This document shows, piece by piece, positions 21,971 to 32,638 of a stretch of 64,000 bases of DNA; the first letter of the stretch is position 1; each line of letters begins with the position of its first letter. Where the stretch lies: the NCBI GenBank assembly GCA_963693365.1, contig CAVNZM010000009.1, positions 4,165,146-4,229,145 on the forward strand. The letters are read 5' to 3'. This stretch comes from Amoebidium appalachense. Taxonomy: Eukaryota; Protista; Ichthyosporea. Under the pieces are notes generated by a model. It was not told where the DNA came from and searched no databases. It was given only the letters and a program-made list of their open reading frames with translations. The position numbers and the translations under genes are program-made.

Positions 21971-22123
21971 CCCCAAAGCCCGAGGAGGAGAGTAGCGTGG
22001 GTGCTACTGTCCTCACTGAGGAGAGTAGCTCGTGAGGTATTGTCCTCCCCGAGGAGAGGCGCTCGTGAGCGCAGGTCCTCCTTTGGGGTCTACATAGAGG
22101 AGTAGGACCATCCCTACTGTCCC
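21971..22123. other. Array of 33-bp-periodic stem-loops closed by an outer stem (structured element)
   Basis: gagga...tcctc hairpins at 21985-22014, 22018-22047 and 22051-22080. Outer stem ccccaaag (21971) / ctttgggg (22081). A fourth weaker hairpin at ~22097-22123. Confidence 0.7.
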
Positions 22124-22128
22124 ATTCT

Positions 22129-22386
22129 CTACAAACCCCCCTTTGTGATTTCCAGCGCCAGGATCAGCAGCAGCAGCAGCACGATGAAGTCAAGGCGCCT
22201 GAGCACGGGGTCACGAGAGAACCAGCGCCCCCCGGGCTGGGTAGCCCCACGTAGGTAGCCTATGCCTGGACCACCGTGTGTGCGCGCCACGCGGCCTGGA
22301 TGCCGCTGCACGTCGGTGGTGATTGGCGGGAACAGGGCGTCCAAGGGATTCTCCACGTTGAAGTTGACCGAGTTGTACAGACTCAT
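22129..22386 (-). CDS. Small viral membrane protein
   Basis: ATG at 22386; C-terminal hydrophobic stretch 'FIVLLLLLILALEI'. Confidence 0.6.
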   Translation of the reverse strand: MSLYNSVNFNVENPLDALFPPITTDVQRHPGRVARTHGGPGIGYLRGATQPGGRWFSRDPVLRRLDFIVLLLLLILALEITKGGL

Positions 22387-22388
22387 TG

Positions 22389-23276
22389 CTACAAGCGCCG
22401 TGCAAAATCTGCGAGAGTGCCCGAAGCCACATGGACAATGACCTCGTTTTGCCGGCCCTGGATCCACACGCCCTCCGTGACCTGCTGCGGGGGCGGCATA
22501 CCGCGATCAAGCAGCTGGCCCTGCACGCGCACGGTCTCGCTGCGCAGCCAGGTCACGGTGGCGGATGGGTGGGTGGCGGCTGCCTCGTCGAGCATCTCCT
22601 GCAGTCGCCGGATGTTGGTCTGGACCTCGAGCCGGTAGCGGCTGCCCTGGTTGCAGATGCTGCGGAACTCGTCGAACAGCCGCGACAGAGAGATGTGGGC
22701 CTCAACGGACACGTTTGAGTAGGGGTCAGCTGCGTGCAGGCGCTGCAGCTGTTCGGCCATTCGGTTCACCAGGTCGGCAAGCATGCGATCCACAAGCACC
22801 ATCGCGTCGTGCTCGATCACGGCGGCCATCTTGGTGCGCGTGAGGTTCTCGGTGCGCAGACGCACACACAGCGCAAACGCAAAGCCGGTGCGCTGGTCCA
22901 GGCGCGCGAGCTCGGTCGCAGTAAAGGGGGTGTTGGCAAACGGGTCACGGAGGTTGCCGGTCTTGCTGATGTAGTCGGCCAGGGTGGCCGCATCGCATCC
23001 GTAGACGTGGCCAGCCCGTGTGTACCTGAAGCAGTCGCGGGGTAGCGGCTCCAGAGAGAAGGGGTCGGTGTCGTTGGTAAGGTTTGGTGGGCGTCTGCGC
23101 AAGAAGTCCAAGACACGGAAAACACGCAGGAATAGCAAATGCAGGGCGGGCACGGCCTGCACAATAGCCACAAGTTCGGCATGCCGCTTGTGTGTGGGCA
23201 GGGCAAAGCCACCGTAGCGTCTGGCGATATAGCAGATCATCTCCTTACGCACGTTTGCAAGCCTCTCCTCCGCCAT
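22389..23276 (-). CDS. Viral protein with U-box/RING-like domain
   Basis: 'DPFSLEPL..YGCDAATLADYISKTG..DPFANTPFT..EL' is a U-box-like pattern. ATG at 23276. Confidence 0.6.
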   Translation of the reverse strand: MAEERLANVRKEMICYIARRYGGFALPTHKRHAELVAIVQAVPALHLLFLRVFRVLDFLRRRPPNLTNDTDPFSLEPLPRDCFRYTRAGHVYGCDAATLADYISKTGNLRDPFANTPFTATELARLDQRTGFAFALCVRLRTENLTRTKMAAVIEHDAMVLVDRMLADLVNRMAEQLQRLHAADPYSNVSVEAHISLSRLFDEFRSICNQGSRYRLEVQTNIRRLQEMLDEAAATHPSATVTWLRSETVRVQGQLLDRGMPPPQQVTEGVWIQGRQNEVIVHVASGTLADFARRL

Positions 23277-23298
23277 ACCAGCACGCGCGAATAATCGA

Positions 23299-23520
23299 TC
23301 AGAGCCTGGAGCCCACAAACACGTCGATGTCGTGCCGGGAGAACGGCCTGTTTCTGTAGCGGCGTGTCAGCTCGGCCTCCAGTCTGCGAGTGGTGGTGAC
23401 ATCCACCCTGCTGCGGCTTTTATACTTACGCATTACGGCGTTGAAAACACGCTGGAGGTTGCGGTTGCCAGTCAGGCGCAGGAGCCCGAACCGTCTGAGT
23501 TTGCGCTTAGCCAGGGGCAT
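23299..23520 (-). CDS. Small highly basic protein
   Basis: 'MPLAKRKLRRFGLLRLTGNRNLQRVFNAVMRKYKSRSR...' (73 aa) fills an intergenic slot. Confidence 0.45.
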   Translation of the reverse strand: MPLAKRKLRRFGLLRLTGNRNLQRVFNAVMRKYKSRSRVDVTTTRRLEAELTRRYRNRPFSRHDIDVFVGSRL

Positions 23521-23534
23521 AGTGCCAGCCCCAA

Positions 23535-26500
23535 TTATTTGCAGGCGAGGACATCTGCAACTGAGGGTTTGGGAACGGCAGCTCGGGCGGCTGTGCCTGG
23601 TAGGCATACGACGGCTGCGCGTGGTAGGCAATAGCCCAGGCGGACCTTGCGGCCGCCTGAGAGGAAAACTCCTGATCCTGCACGGTTACACCAGGCCTCA
23701 GATGGGACCTGTCGGTATTGATTGATGGGCGGGACCCCAACTTGTTCCGAAGGGACGTAGGTCATCTGTTGAAGCGGGAATCCGGGGCTGGGAAGCCGGC
23801 GCTTTGGCGAAATCCAACGCAGGTTCGACGGTGCCGCGTAGGCAACACCCATCTGGGGCTTTGGCAAAATCCTACGCAGGTTTGACGGTGCCGCGTAGGC
23901 AGCACCCATTACGCTGGGGCTTTGACTCTGCTCCGTGGGTTGCTGCTTATGCCTACGAGCATTTACCCCGTCGGACGAGTCCATATCCCGCTTGCGCTTC
24001 TTTGATATGGGTGGCGGCGGGGCGGGCTCCCCCACCATGCTCGCTGGGGTAGGGGGGTTGAACTGGTCAAACCCAGTACGTATCAGACTGGAGGGCTGTA
24101 TAGGCCTACGAACGTCCACCTGGCCCGAAGAGTCCATGATCCGCTTGCGCTTCTTTGATTGCCGTAGCAGCGGAGCGGGCTCCCCCACCATGCTCGCTGG
24201 GGTAGGGGGGTTGAACTGGTCAAACCCATTGTGCACCGGGTTGGAAGTCTGGTCCACGCTCATCGGGCTTGAGTCCACGTCCATGCTCGCTGGGCTCGCG
24301 GGGGGAAACTGGTCAAATCCATCACGCATTAGACTGGAAGTCTGGTCTTAGCTCATCGGGTCTGGGGTCGGAGTGTTGAACGGGTCCATAGGCTGGTCGA
24401 TTTCCATGGGTGTTGTGGGATGTTGAGCAGCAACAGCAGGGATATCAGTTCCCGCTTGAAGTGGAACTTCTTCGTTGGGTACCCGTCCTGGATGGGAAGA
24501 ACCGGGTATGTCGGCGCCTTTCTCCTTAGCGGTGTCCTTTTGTTTCGCGCGCTTTTCGTAGATTGATGCGAACAGACCATCAAACTCGGCAGGGTTTGGG
24601 GTCTGCACACGGGCTCTACGCAGATCGTTGAGCTGATCGCGGGTGGTGAAGCTCTCTTGAAGCTCGGCCTTCAGCTCGTTGTTAAGGGCGCCCAGCACAG
24701 CCCTTGCACGTATGCGAGCAGCCGCAAGGACATCCGCGTTCTGCGACAGCGACTCCGGAAGCACGGGCATGGCGGGATCTTCGAGCTTGGCCGGCTTGTG
24801 CTTTGCAGGGCGTTGCGTGGCCACCAGCTCCTTACGCTGCCAGGCCTTGGGGTCGGTGCTGAAGAGCTCCCACCGTTGGTCGCTAACGGAAGGGGCAACG
24901 CGCGCGTAAGCACGCACCAAATCGTCCGAGCCGTGGCCCCTGGACAAGGTGTCCGTCACGGACGCGCGGCCTGTAGGCGTGAGCCGCCACAGCGCGCCTG
25001 CATGGGTGATGAAGCATGCGGGGTTCTGCAGTATGCTGTCGCGCAGGCGGCGTAGCTGGAAGAGGGGCCAGTTGGGGTTGTCGGGCCACTTGAGGGGCTT
25101 GTCCTGTGGGTTCGTAACCTTAAGTACGCGCGTGTAGATGGTCCCCTCGGGGGCGAAGAAGCCCATGCGGTCCTTGCGGATGTTTGCATTGCGGGTGATG
25201 TTGACTGGCAGGCCGTACCCGCACTTTTTCAACCAGTTGACGACATAGTCCGGGTTTTGCTCGATCAGGGCGCAGCCGTCCTGGATCAGCTTGCGCAGGT
25301 GGTAGTAGGTTTTGGGATAGTGGGCGCGCACATGCTGCTTGACGAACCCGATAGCCAACTCGGCAATGTTGTATTTGGAGTTGTACGGCGGCAGCCACTG
25401 GAACCGCCAGCGCTTGCGCACGGCCAGCTGCTTGATTTTGTCTTTGTTTTCCTCGGTGTTGTGCACGGGGGCATTGTCCATGCACAGAATGGCACCGTCG
25501 GTGCGGGGATCGGCGGCCAACACATGCTCAAGAAAGACACAGAAAGTACGCCCGTCGAGCTCGTCCGGAACCAGCTCCTTCTTCGAGAGCGGGGCCTCTC
25601 GCTCCCGGCCGTTTGGAGCAAGATGCCGGTAGTTGAACAAAGGGTCGTCCGAGGGCCGTGGGCTGAGGATCAGGTACTTAACAACGGCACGCATGGATCC
25701 GTCACTTTCCGGCTTGGGAAACCCCACGGCTATCAACAGCTTGGTGCCTATGCCGCGAAGCTTGGGCTTGGGCGTCTTGTGGTGCGAGCCGCGGTGGCCC
25801 CACACACGCCCTGGCGTCTCGTCAAGGTACACGGAGGCCTCGTCAAGGAACACAAGGTTCCGGCGGCTGTCCTGTAGGTACGGCAGACGCTCAACCTCAA
25901 AGTACTGCGTGGCGGCGGCTACGGACCGCACAAAGGTGTTGGTGGGGTCGCCCTCGCCGCGACGGTACGTCAGCCCGAGGCGCCTGCGCCACTTGTTGAG
26001 CGTGGACACTGCCACGGTCATGCGCTCGGCCTCGGAAAGCCCCGGGACGGCGTTGTAGGCGGCGATGAGCTTCTCGCTGGTCAGGCTGGGCACCTTCGTG
26101 GTGAGCTCGTACAGCACGATCTTTTGCACGTCCGTCAGCTTTGTCGACTTCTCGTTTGCCCTTCCAAGGTTGAAGCCCTGGCGGCTTCCAAGCTCACCGT
26201 GCTTAATTGCATGCGAAATGACCCGGCGCACCGTCTGTGGGCTTATCTTCAGCCGTTGCGCAATGACGGTAGCCTTCTCGTCCCGAAGGTGCCCCAGCAG
26301 GATGGCGTCGCGAATGTCTTGCGTGTACGCCTTTCCGCGCCCCAGTCGCCCGACGGGCTGCTGGGCCGTTGTCAGTGTGTGCACTTCGATTTCAGCAGGC
26401 GGGGCCTTTGCAAGCGGCTTCTCTGCGTACCAATGTCCCCCCTGCACCAGCAGCAGCCGGGCTCCATCGGGGCCCTCTACCCAGATGGCCCCCTCTGTTG

Positions 26501-28263
26501 AGTCTGGCCCGCCATGGGAGACCGTGTTGTCGGGGAGAATGCCCAGGGTGAAGGGGGTCTTGTGACCTTACGGTGCCCCGGGTCGGTAGGGGTTCGTAGA
26601 CAACTGAGCGGACCGGCGATGAGCTGTCCGGTGCCTCGACATTGAGCAGGTCACCTGTGGACTCCAGGGGTTTCATACGCTGGCGCTCTAGCTGGTACAA
26701 CGCAAGCGGGGATCGCCCGTCTGGGGGTTGCGGGTAGAACCCAACAAAGGTGGCATTGGACTTGTAGACAACAGGCCTGCCCGTGTGCTCCACAACGTGC
26801 ATGGCAACAAACATTGTGCGGGGCACGTAACGGTCAAGCCGCAACACGAGGTACGTGAGGGGCCGGAAGTGGTTCGATATGTTTGGATCCACAAACACAA
26901 TCCCGCACACTGAATCGGTGATGTCGGTGGTTGTGTTTACGGCAGCAGTCGGCTGCCGGGGCTTCCCAGCGGTGTACAGCCCTGAAAGCTGCTCCCGCTT
27001 ACGCGCGGCCCATGCGGCGACGGCCGTGCGTGCGTTTTCTGTTGACACGCCCAGTGCATGCGCAACTGTTGCGAGCTCCTGGGCGGTCCAGTCTGCGGTG
27101 GTAGGCGCAGGTCCCTCTGCCCTCCGTCTAGTGGAAACTGCACCAATGATGCGTCTGCGGACGTCGTCGTAGCCCTGCCGGACCTTCCCTTCCCCTCCGC
27201 TGGTGCTCTTTTTCACCTCGTCAAAGAAACGGTTGTGCATCTCGAACTCCTTCTCGCTTGCGCGGGTTTCACCTGGCCGAGGCCGTCCCCTAGCGAGCTG
27301 AAGACCTCTTGCATTTTCCAGCGGCAGATCAGTATCTTTAGCGAGTGCTTCGAGGATGGGCTTCGCCCGCCCGTAGAACTCCTGCTGTGAAAGATCGCTG
27401 GCGACGCTCATGGTCAGGTCCTTGAGGGCCTGCCGCATGGTTTCGCGGTCTGCACCTGATGCGCGCAGCTCACGGGCCAACTTCGCGCGCTCGGCTATCA
27501 AGGTCTGAAGCGCGTGTTTGTAGGGGTAGGCACGCTCGTCGTCCGGGCGGTCGACCCCTTCCACGAATTCAGGTCGGGGAAGCCCGGGCACCATCAGGGC
27601 CAGGGCCTCGAGCATGTTGGCGTCCCCGGCATCCTCTGACTGCTCGACTCTGTCTTCTTTTTTTTGCATGGCGGCATTCGTTTTCCGTATGCTTTGCCCT
27701 TCTAGTCGCTGAGCCTCAGCAGGCGCAGCGTACGCCATTCGCATGCGCTCCGGATGGTCTGGCCGGGCAGGCTGACGGCCAGGGTGGTTTTTCCATGCCT
27801 TGGTAAACAGGGATTGACCAGTCGAATCTGTTACACCCTCAAGCTTGACTAGGCGAGGTGTGGTTGTGCGCACATACACCTTGTCCAGGACTCCCTGGAC
27901 AACTTCGGCGGTTTTTCGGTCCTCGTCTGGAGGGCCGGGAGATGTGGCAAGATCTTTCCCCGCAAGCTCCTCCCACCATGTTGCGGATTGGGGAAGCGGT
28001 GGGGCGGACGAGGCTGGTGCGTACATGGGGTCGCGGATGCGGAACCGTAGATTCAGGCCGCTGTCCCTTGCCTGTTTGTCAGTGCCCGTGTTGTAGGACG
28101 GGTGCTGCCGATCTTGGACGAGCTGTGCGAGGGGAAAGGGCAGGTCGGCCAGAGGTTCAAGATAGAAGCGGCCGGGATACTCGGCACTTGGCCAGGCCTG
28201 GGCCACGACTTTATTGGACTGGGTGTCCAGTACAATATATCCCGGCGTACGTGACCGGTCCAT
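23535..28263 (-). pseudogene. Giant (~1,575-codon) gene with an internal IS630/Tc1 DDE transposase, broken by one frameshift (~26570) and one stop (24348-24350)
   Basis: HTH 'IAQRLKISPQTVRRVI' and catalytic 'FLDEAS', 'MDNAPVH', 'LPPYNSKYNIAE' (DD38E). ORF 23535-24329 is in frame after the stop, and 'PMS*DQTS' mirrors the repeat 'PMSVDQTS'. The transposase frame stays open upstream to ~26566, overlapping ORF 26392-28389. Confidence 0.7.
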
Positions 28264-28282
28264 GCACCAGGCACGGAAAATT

Positions 28283-29065
28283 TCAAATCGGGCAGAGATG
28301 GAAGGCGAGGACACCCAAGTCACTGACGGCGTACTCGAAGCGTATGAGCTTATTGCTGGACATGTGTATCCTGACGTAGCTGCTGACACACGCCCCCTTG
28401 CAGAACGCGCTTAGGTACTTGACCATGAACTGGGCCTTGACCTTCTCTGCCGGCACCCTCTTGAACTCCACACCCGTCGCCTTCCCCCTCCGAATCTTGA
28501 GCGCGTCCTCTCCCTTTTCAGGGATGTCGATCCTGCACTTGCCCAGCGCTCCAAGCGCACGTAGGCGCAGCGTGCGGTCAGCGACAGTAATCTTTACAAC
28601 GTTGGACACGGCCTGAATGTCGCGCAGGTAGCGTGCAAGCTCCTGTGCGTCGATAATGAAAATGCAGTCGTAGTCGAGCAAGGGGGCGTCGAGAATAGGG
28701 CGGACCTCCTTGACCAGGGTCATGTTGTACACAATGCAGCTGCTGTCGTCAGTGGTCTCCATTTTGACCTGCAGTGTGTCGTCGGTGGCGGTGAAGGCGA
28801 TGCTGTTGAATCGGTGGGCGGCGGCGTTTTTGACAATCTTGTACAGGTTCTGGATCTCAAAGGTGGCGGTAACATCTTCGGAAACGTCAAAGATCTCGAA
28901 GTCGGGATTCAACTTCATGTAGACGTACGCCTTTTTGGCATTGTCGACAGCGGGCAGCACAAAGCCCTCCTTTGCACTAAAAAGCACGGTGACCTCCCCG
29001 AGTATGTCCTTGACGCTGTCAATTGCGCATTTGAATGTGTTGACTTGTACTGTTTTGACGAGCAT
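28283..29065 (-). CDS. PCNA: Viral PCNA sliding clamp
   Basis: 'FKCAIDSVKDILGEV..F..EG..AVDNAK', 'FMVKYL..FCK' and 'Y.VSDLG.L.FHLCP'. 260 aa, intronless, TATA box at 29103. Confidence 0.93.
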   Translation of the reverse strand: MLVKTVQVNTFKCAIDSVKDILGEVTVLFSAKEGFVLPAVDNAKKAYVYMKLNPDFEIFDVSEDVTATFEIQNLYKIVKNAAAHRFNSIAFTATDDTLQVKMETTDDSSCIVYNMTLVKEVRPILDAPLLDYDCIFIIDAQELARYLRDIQAVSNVVKITVADRTLRLRALGALGKCRIDIPEKGEDALKIRRGKATGVEFKRVPAEKVKAQFMVKYLSAFCKGACVSSYVRIHMSSNKLIRFEYAVSDLGVLAFHLCPI

Positions 29066-29154
29066 GATGGGGCGACTGGCGCCTGACGAGCCGGCAATGC
29101 CGTTTTTATACCCTTGGGGGCCGGGGGGTTGGGGCTTTTTTCTATACACCCGGT

Positions 29155-29982
29155 ATGAGTTCTGGATCGCTGGACCGCACGCTGCTGTATATGGGCATCA
29201 TCGCAGCAGGCGTCTACTATTACAACAAGAGGGCATCGGCTTGGCAAGGCGGACCGTACCAGCCGGCCAACCGCGAGCCAGACCAGCCTCCCGCGGGTAC
29301 CAACGACCCCGGCACGTGGTGGGGGTTGCAGCCCTGGGACAGCCCTTTTGACCGGGACGTTGCGCTCGCATACAGGGACAGCGCGAGGGCGTTTGACGAC
29401 CAGAACGTTGCCATGGGCAACCAGGAGTACTTTGGGGACGAGGAAGACGAGTATGTGCTCGGGTACGACGAATACGCTACGGCCGACGATGGGGGCACGG
29501 TTGTAAACACGGGCAACGGGCCGGTCATGGTGCCGCAGGCGCCTCCGCCTACGCGGACGGTGCAACAGGCATCGGTGGTGCCCTCGGGTACACCGTCAGC
29601 GCTCATTGGTGCGCCTGCACGGCCGGCAGTGCACCCCAACCTTGTGGAGACTGTGCATCGGGCAGGGACGAATGTCAGCAACTCAACCATGGACGCGATT
29701 TCGGAGATCCGGGGCACGGGCCTATTTACGGGTAGCGAGATGCGTCCGCGCGAGCGCCTGAGCGTGGCCAAGCTGACGCCGCAGGAGGTGCTTGCGGCCA
29801 CGACGCGCCCGCGCAACGTTGCGGCGCCGGCGGTGTACAAGAAGAACGGCAACCTGCAGCTACGTCCGGACCCTACTATCCACAGCGCGGGCCTGGACAA
29901 CCTCCCGTCCATCAGCACACAGCGCGACCTCAAGCAGCGTGAGTCATTCTCGAACGAGCTTGCATCGACGCTGCTTTTTTGA
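29155..29982 (+). CDS. Membrane-anchored virion protein, PBCV-1 P11-like
   Basis: N-terminal TM 'LLYMGIIAAGVYYY'. C-terminal 'KKNGNLQLRPDPTI..STQRDLKQR' resembles the conserved P11 C-terminal motif. Confidence 0.55.
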   Translation: MSSGSLDRTLLYMGIIAAGVYYYNKRASAWQGGPYQPANREPDQPPAGTNDPGTWWGLQPWDSPFDRDVALAYRDSARAFDDQNVAMGNQEYFGDEEDEYVLGYDEYATADDGGTVVNTGNGPVMVPQAPPPTRTVQQASVVPSGTPSALIGAPARPAVHPNLVETVHRAGTNVSNSTMDAISEIRGTGLFTGSEMRPRERLSVAKLTPQEVLAATTRPRNVAAPAVYKKNGNLQLRPDPTIHSAGLDNLPSISTQRDLKQRESFSNELASTLLF

Positions 29983-30023
29983 ATAAACAGACGCTGTGCA
30001 TTGAACCCACCCCCTTTCAGGAT

Positions 30024-31462
30024 CTACGCCCCCGTAATCTTTGCATGCTCAAACACGTACGCGTGCACGTACTCCTCCGGATCCATCCCTTCCCCGCCGC
30101 CCACAGCTAACGTGCCCCGCTGCCGCTTGGCGCGGCCTCCCAGCACCTTGCCAAGCAAACCGCCCAGTTTCTTTACGCTGACTGCGGCCGGGTCCTTGCC
30201 GTTGCGGACCGCCCATGTGCGCATGCGCTCGGCCAGCCCGCTCGTGGTCACGTGAGCGCCGTCGGCAACGACGAGGTCCTCGCACCCATCGGCGCCGGTC
30301 GCGATGTCCCTCAGGAAGACCAAATTGTCGTCGAGTGTGGCGATGCGCAGCTCCCTCTTGAGGTCGGTCACGGGCGGCGGCGGCAGCACGGGCGGCACGT
30401 CGGGCACGGACACGAGCAGGTCGTGGATGGCCTGCAGCACCTCGGGGTCGCTGTGGTGTTGGTGAAACGTGGCAAAGTAGGCCGTGTCGCCGACACGCGC
30501 GTTGCTGACGGCCATGCACGCGTAGCGGCGGTCGCTGGGCTCGACAAGCACGGGGTTGCTCTCGTTGGTCAGCAGCACGTAGCGCTCGCACGCACGCACG
30601 GCCACGGCATCCTGACCTTTCTTCTCGAGGATGTTGGACGACTCGGTGATGAGCGACTTCATGATGTTGTTGACCTCACGCGAGTTGCTGAACAGCACCT
30701 CGTCGACCACCACCAGCAGCTTGTTCTGCAGGTGCGCATTGAAGTGGTTCTGGATGCGGTCGCGCCGGTTGACGTACACGGAGTGCTCGGCACCCATGGC
30801 GTCGATGAGCGCCTGGAAGAAGATGTTCTTGCCCGCCCCCTGCTTGGACACGAGCAGCAGCGCGCTGCCGGGCTTGGACGCCGGGTGCTGGAACAGGTGG
30901 CCCATCCATAGCATCAGGTAGTCAAAAAGCACGGGGTCGCCGCCGCACAGCACGTCGCGCGCGTGCGAGACGAAGGGCGCCACCAGCTCGTCGCGCCGGG
31001 CTACGGGCATGTTGCTCAGCGTGAACCGGAACCCGGTGAACAGGTTGAACGTGCGGTAGGGCCCGACGGACTTCTTGTTCACCCCCGTGCGCGGGTCCGG
31101 GCTGGCGGGATCGAACACCAGGCGGTCGTACATGAGGATGTACGGGCTGTTGAGGTAGTCGCGGCCGCGGTGGGGGGCGACGGGCTGCTGGTTGGGGCGG
31201 TCGGCCAGCAGCGGGAAGTGGAACTTGGCGAGCGTGTCCTGGATGTCGCGCTTGCCCAGGATGCGGTGCTCGTACTTCAGCCTGTCCTGGCACCACTGCT
31301 TGAGGATGTACGTCGAGCAGCCCTTGACGTGGGCGACATTGCTGCGCAGGTAGGCGACGGCGAGCTCCGGGGTCCACTCGTGGTCCAGGCAGGCATCGGG
31401 GATGAAGGGGTTCCGAAGTGCGGGCCGGCGGCGGTGTCTTCGAAGGCGAGGTAGTCGTCCAT
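30024..31462 (-). pseudogene. SF3 helicase (D5/NrS-1-like helicase domain), frameshift near 31415
   Basis: Walker A 'SKQGAGKN', Walker B 'LVVVDE', sensor 'LLTN', and 'DRRY'. The frame is open from ~31412, while the ATG at 31462 is one base out of frame. TATA box at 31504. Confidence 0.85.
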
Positions 31463-31665
31463 GTTACCAGGGGGCGGAATGAAAGGACGGGAGCGGGGAG
31501 GGGCTTATATACCTGGGGCCCCTGGGATTGGGCACACTAAAAAATCTGTTGGACTGGCTTTTATACCTACTGGCGTGGTTGAGTTCCCAACTGTATTCGG
31601 GAGGTATAAAAAGCAACCCCTTATGGTCTGTCGTCTCACTTCTTCAAATTCGCCGTATCTGCAAG

Positions 31666-32358
31666 ATGGACCTTGCTTCTACCATGGAGACCCTGACACA
31701 GCAATTTCCGGTGTTGAAGAATGCAGCAGTGCGAACAGACCCCGCTACCAACAAAGTTAGCGTTCTGGACATCATGGCGTTGGTACTTGGGAATCGCAAT
31801 GCAGCGCACCAGTCATGGCTACGTATGGTCAAGGAAAATGGCATACGAACTGGGCTAACCAATCAAGATCGTCTAATGGGTGTGGTCAACATGCGCTTAC
31901 CTGGAATGAGCAAGCCAACACCATTTGCTACCCTCAACACAGTTCGCGAGATCGTGAAGGCTCTAATACCAGGCTGCAAACTGTCCATTGATAAAAAGCA
32001 GTACTGGATGCATGTGTTTGATTTGGCCGACCTCCCTATAGTACTGCTGCAGACATCGGCCGAGAGCGAGACCATTAACATCATACGGCAGTGCACATCA
32101 TGTTTCAAAAGCAAGCCCCAGTTCTATGTCAAGCCCTACCGAGTGGACCTTTTTTTTCCAGAACTCAACCTGGTGGTGGAGTGTGACGAGCACAATCATG
32201 ATGACCGCGATCCGACCTATGAGGAAGAGCGCCAGAACCACATCACCAAGCAACTGGGATGTAGGTGGCTACGGTACAACCCATATGCAGACAACTTTAT
32301 TGTGTACCGGGTCATCAGTGATATTCTGCAGTTGGCTATGCTTCTGCTTGTCAACTGA
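31666..32358 (+). CDS. Bro/antirepressor-like N-terminal domain plus DUF559 (Vsr-like) nuclease
   Basis: 'YRVDLFFPELNLVVECDEHNH..ERQ..I..LGCRWLRYNP'. N-terminus is paralogous to the 32639 ORF. TATA box at 31603. Confidence 0.75.
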   Translation: MDLASTMETLTQQFPVLKNAAVRTDPATNKVSVLDIMALVLGNRNAAHQSWLRMVKENGIRTGLTNQDRLMGVVNMRLPGMSKPTPFATLNTVREIVKALIPGCKLSIDKKQYWMHVFDLADLPIVLLQTSAESETINIIRQCTSCFKSKPQFYVKPYRVDLFFPELNLVVECDEHNHDDRDPTYEEERQNHITKQLGCRWLRYNPYADNFIVYRVISDILQLAMLLLVN

Positions 32359-32399
32359 CAGTATACCGGCATTCCATCAATCGCGGTGACTCAGTAAGG

Positions 32400-32570
32400 T
32401 CGATTTGATTGGTGGAAACGGTGGGGTTGGTGATGTATGACGTCATCGAGATGAATTCGGCCAATCACATCAATCTTACTGCCAGTAGGATTGAGAATCG
32501 CAAAGCGGCTTGCTGCTCATGAAATTCGTCACGACTTGCCCGTTCGGCAATTTGGCGAAGGTATAAAAGG
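32400..32570 (+). promoter_or_regulatory. Pol II-type promoter: CCAAT boxes, TGACGTCA, TATA
   Basis: tgattgg (~32406), atgacgtcat (~32437), ggccaatc (~32459) and GGTATAAAAGG (32560). Confidence 0.55.
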
Positions 32571-32638
32571 AGTCGCGCGCGTCTGAATCATTCAGTCCAC
32601 CCAAGGAGCCCTTCCAGCAACACGGATCCCGCATCAAC

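Noticed and set aside
21971-22090. Cloverleaf as a tRNA gene
   Set aside because: Too long, three equal arms, and no T-loop or D-loop consensus.
23535-25200. Fanzor/TnpB nuclease downstream of the IS630 domain
   Set aside because: No RuvC motifs (DxG, E, DxNAA) or Zn-ribbon could be recognised.
26392-28389. Candidate major capsid protein
   Set aside because: The sequence is largely charged and helical with no double-jelly-roll motifs, and appears to be the N-terminus of the giant DDE gene. No MCP was identified in the window.
15143-31454. Many antisense or overlapping ORFs in the viral region (e.g. 15684-16379, 18375-19079, 29220-29933, 30252-30911)
   Set aside because: Shadows of GC3-biased genes on the opposite strand.
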